In this document: positions 62,330 to 64,000 of the stretch, one piece after another
Layout: each line of letters starts with the position of its first letter
Numbering within the stretch: position 1 is the stretch's first letter
Source of the DNA: Monocercomonoides exilis PA203
Lineage: Eukaryota; Protista; Preaxostyla
Length of the DNA stretch: 64,000 nucleotides
Reading direction: 5' to 3'
Assembly: GCA_001643675.2 (NCBI GenBank)
Contig: LSRY02000038.1
Span: forward strand, 496,001 to 560,000
Notes under the pieces: generated by a model
Seen by the model: only the letters and a program-made list of their open reading frames with translations
Told to the model about the DNA's origin: nothing
The model's database searches: none
Program-made: the position numbers and the translations under genes

Positions 62330-63736
62330 CATGTCATTCTATTAATATCAATTGTTTATCATTATATTCGTCCAGTTCAAAGAGACACTTTTCATTTGTT
62401 TTTTCTTTTCCGAAAAAGTCGAAACAATGTAAATGAGAAGGAATGAAGTATTGAGAAGACTGAGGAAGCATCAATAGCAGAGATATAGAACCATAACTGA
62501 GGACTCCACTGTTGATTAAGGCTTTTTTGTGACTGATGGGTAAATGTGGTGTGAAGGGATTGTGGCAACACATCTGCAAAAGCTGTTCTTTTTGAAAATA
62601 AGGAGGTGGATGATGGAGAGCTGTAATTGTTTAAAAGCTCTGACTTCAACACTGCAAATATGCCTCTGTCCAGCAGCTGCGATATGTGTGTAGTGTGTGG
62701 AACGAAGGTGATGACGTCAATTTCCGCTTCTTTGAACTGTCTCCATATAGCTGGATCTGCCCGTGATGAGTGAGAGTCCAGAAGAAGAAAGCAGTAATAA
62801 GATACTTTTTAAATTCGCTTTCTTCTGTCAATGAAAGCTGGCAGCAGGACTGCAAAGCCGTATTTTAAAATGATGTTTTATCCATCCAGCCTTTTATATT
62901 TGGTTGAATGTCAAGCGACGGTGCAAACAGCGTTGTCAGTTCTTTCGGAAGATTTGCGCTCGGCCACAGCACAACAGACGGAAGCGAGAAGCCATCAGCA
63001 GCGATTCCAGCAACGAGAGTGGCATTCACCATCCGTTCGGCAGTCTTTTTGAAATTTGTTTGTTCATTAACGCAATCAAGAACAACGCCACACGAAGAAG
63101 TTCGAATGCTAAGCGAAGATTCATCGACGTTGAAGATTAATTCTTCTGGATATTTGTTTTAATCGTTCATTGCTTGCAATTCTGTATACCACGGCTTTAG
63201 GATTTTCTGACAAGATGCTGCAAATCTGTTGATATCAACTTTCTTTGGTAGCGAAGACTTCAGTTCCGGATGTCTCTGCATGAAAGCGTAAACTGTCTTC
63301 AAAGTGACTGTCTTTTTCTTCTTTTCTTCATTTTCTCCTCTTCTTCACTGTCGTTATATATATTTTCCATCAAAATTCAAATTAATATACAATTCAAATA
63401 TTAATTGCAACCCTGATCGCGCGTTTTTCGTAACGCAAGGCTTGTCCCAGATCGAGATTAAATTGAAACTTCTTCTTAGAATTGTTTTTCTTTTTCGCGG
63501 CTAATATTTGGTGAGTGCCCAACTTTTGCTACCGGTCTGTTTTTTTTAATAGCTTCAACAGCATATTCGAAAGTTTTCTTGCTGATTCTACTGTATTTAA
63601 CTCCATCGATTAGTCTGACAACATTATCATTCACAATTTGTTCAATCCTTTCCAATCTTGAACTTTATTTTCTGTATCGAAATGTTGACATTTCTTCCTT
63701 CAGCCACTTCTGTGCTGCATCAGTTTTCTTTTTCAT
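62330..63736 (-). pseudogene. pogo/Fot1-like DD35D transposase remnant
   Basis: Manual translation gives LIFNVDES, IAADG, KGWMDK and LLLDSHSSR...PHTTHISQLLD, with 35 residues between the 2nd and 3rd D. Stops and a frameshift present. Confidence 0.88.
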
Positions 63737-63824
63737 TTGAAATCTCACATATATGTATATGGTAATGATCATAAATTGTATTTTTTATTTATTTATTCTC
63801 ATAGAAAAATATTTTTATAAATAT

Positions 63825-64000
63825 GGGTGATAATTTCTGAAATCATTTTTTTTCGATCAAAAATATCGGTCCAAAAGCATTTCATGAATATCATTATAAA
63901 AAAAATAGTATTATCTTTGATTCGGTAAATACATTTGTTTTTAAATACAATTATCATGCTTTTTCTCTTTTGAATTAAATTTTTCTTTCAAAAAACAAAC
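63825..64000 (+). repeat. Probable end of another GGGTGATAATT-family element running out of the window
   Basis: ATAT|GGGTGATAATTTCTGAAATCATTTTTTT resembles the ends at 14450, 19602 and 23824. Confidence 0.45.

Overview
AT-rich eukaryotic DNA using the standard genetic code, with short GT-AG introns. The gene families suggest an anaerobic protist such as the oxymonad Monocercomonoides; this is inferred, not verified. The window is mostly transposon-derived. It holds two DIRS-type tyrosine-recombinase retroelements (one with recognisable ITR/ICR ends), remnants of Merlin, Harbinger/ISL2EU-like and pogo (DD35D) transposases, and several MITEs. Host genes are a 2808-aa Cys/Gly-rich single-pass receptor with a pseudokinase-like tail, a 434-aa membrane protein, and two intron-containing paralogs of an uncharacterised helical family. 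The most striking structure is a set of non-autonomous 'Pack-type' DNA elements. Two begin GGCATAGGT, have long TIRs (546 bp and apparently identical in one), perfect 8-bp TSDs, and carry different rearranged fragments of the receptor family. A second family with GGG(T/A)GA ends also encloses gene fragments. One insertion site is confirmed by an empty paralogous MITE in the window and another by restoring the DIRS reading frame. A Harbinger-like transposase directly followed by a USP deubiquitinase domain is also notable. All alignments were made by eye.
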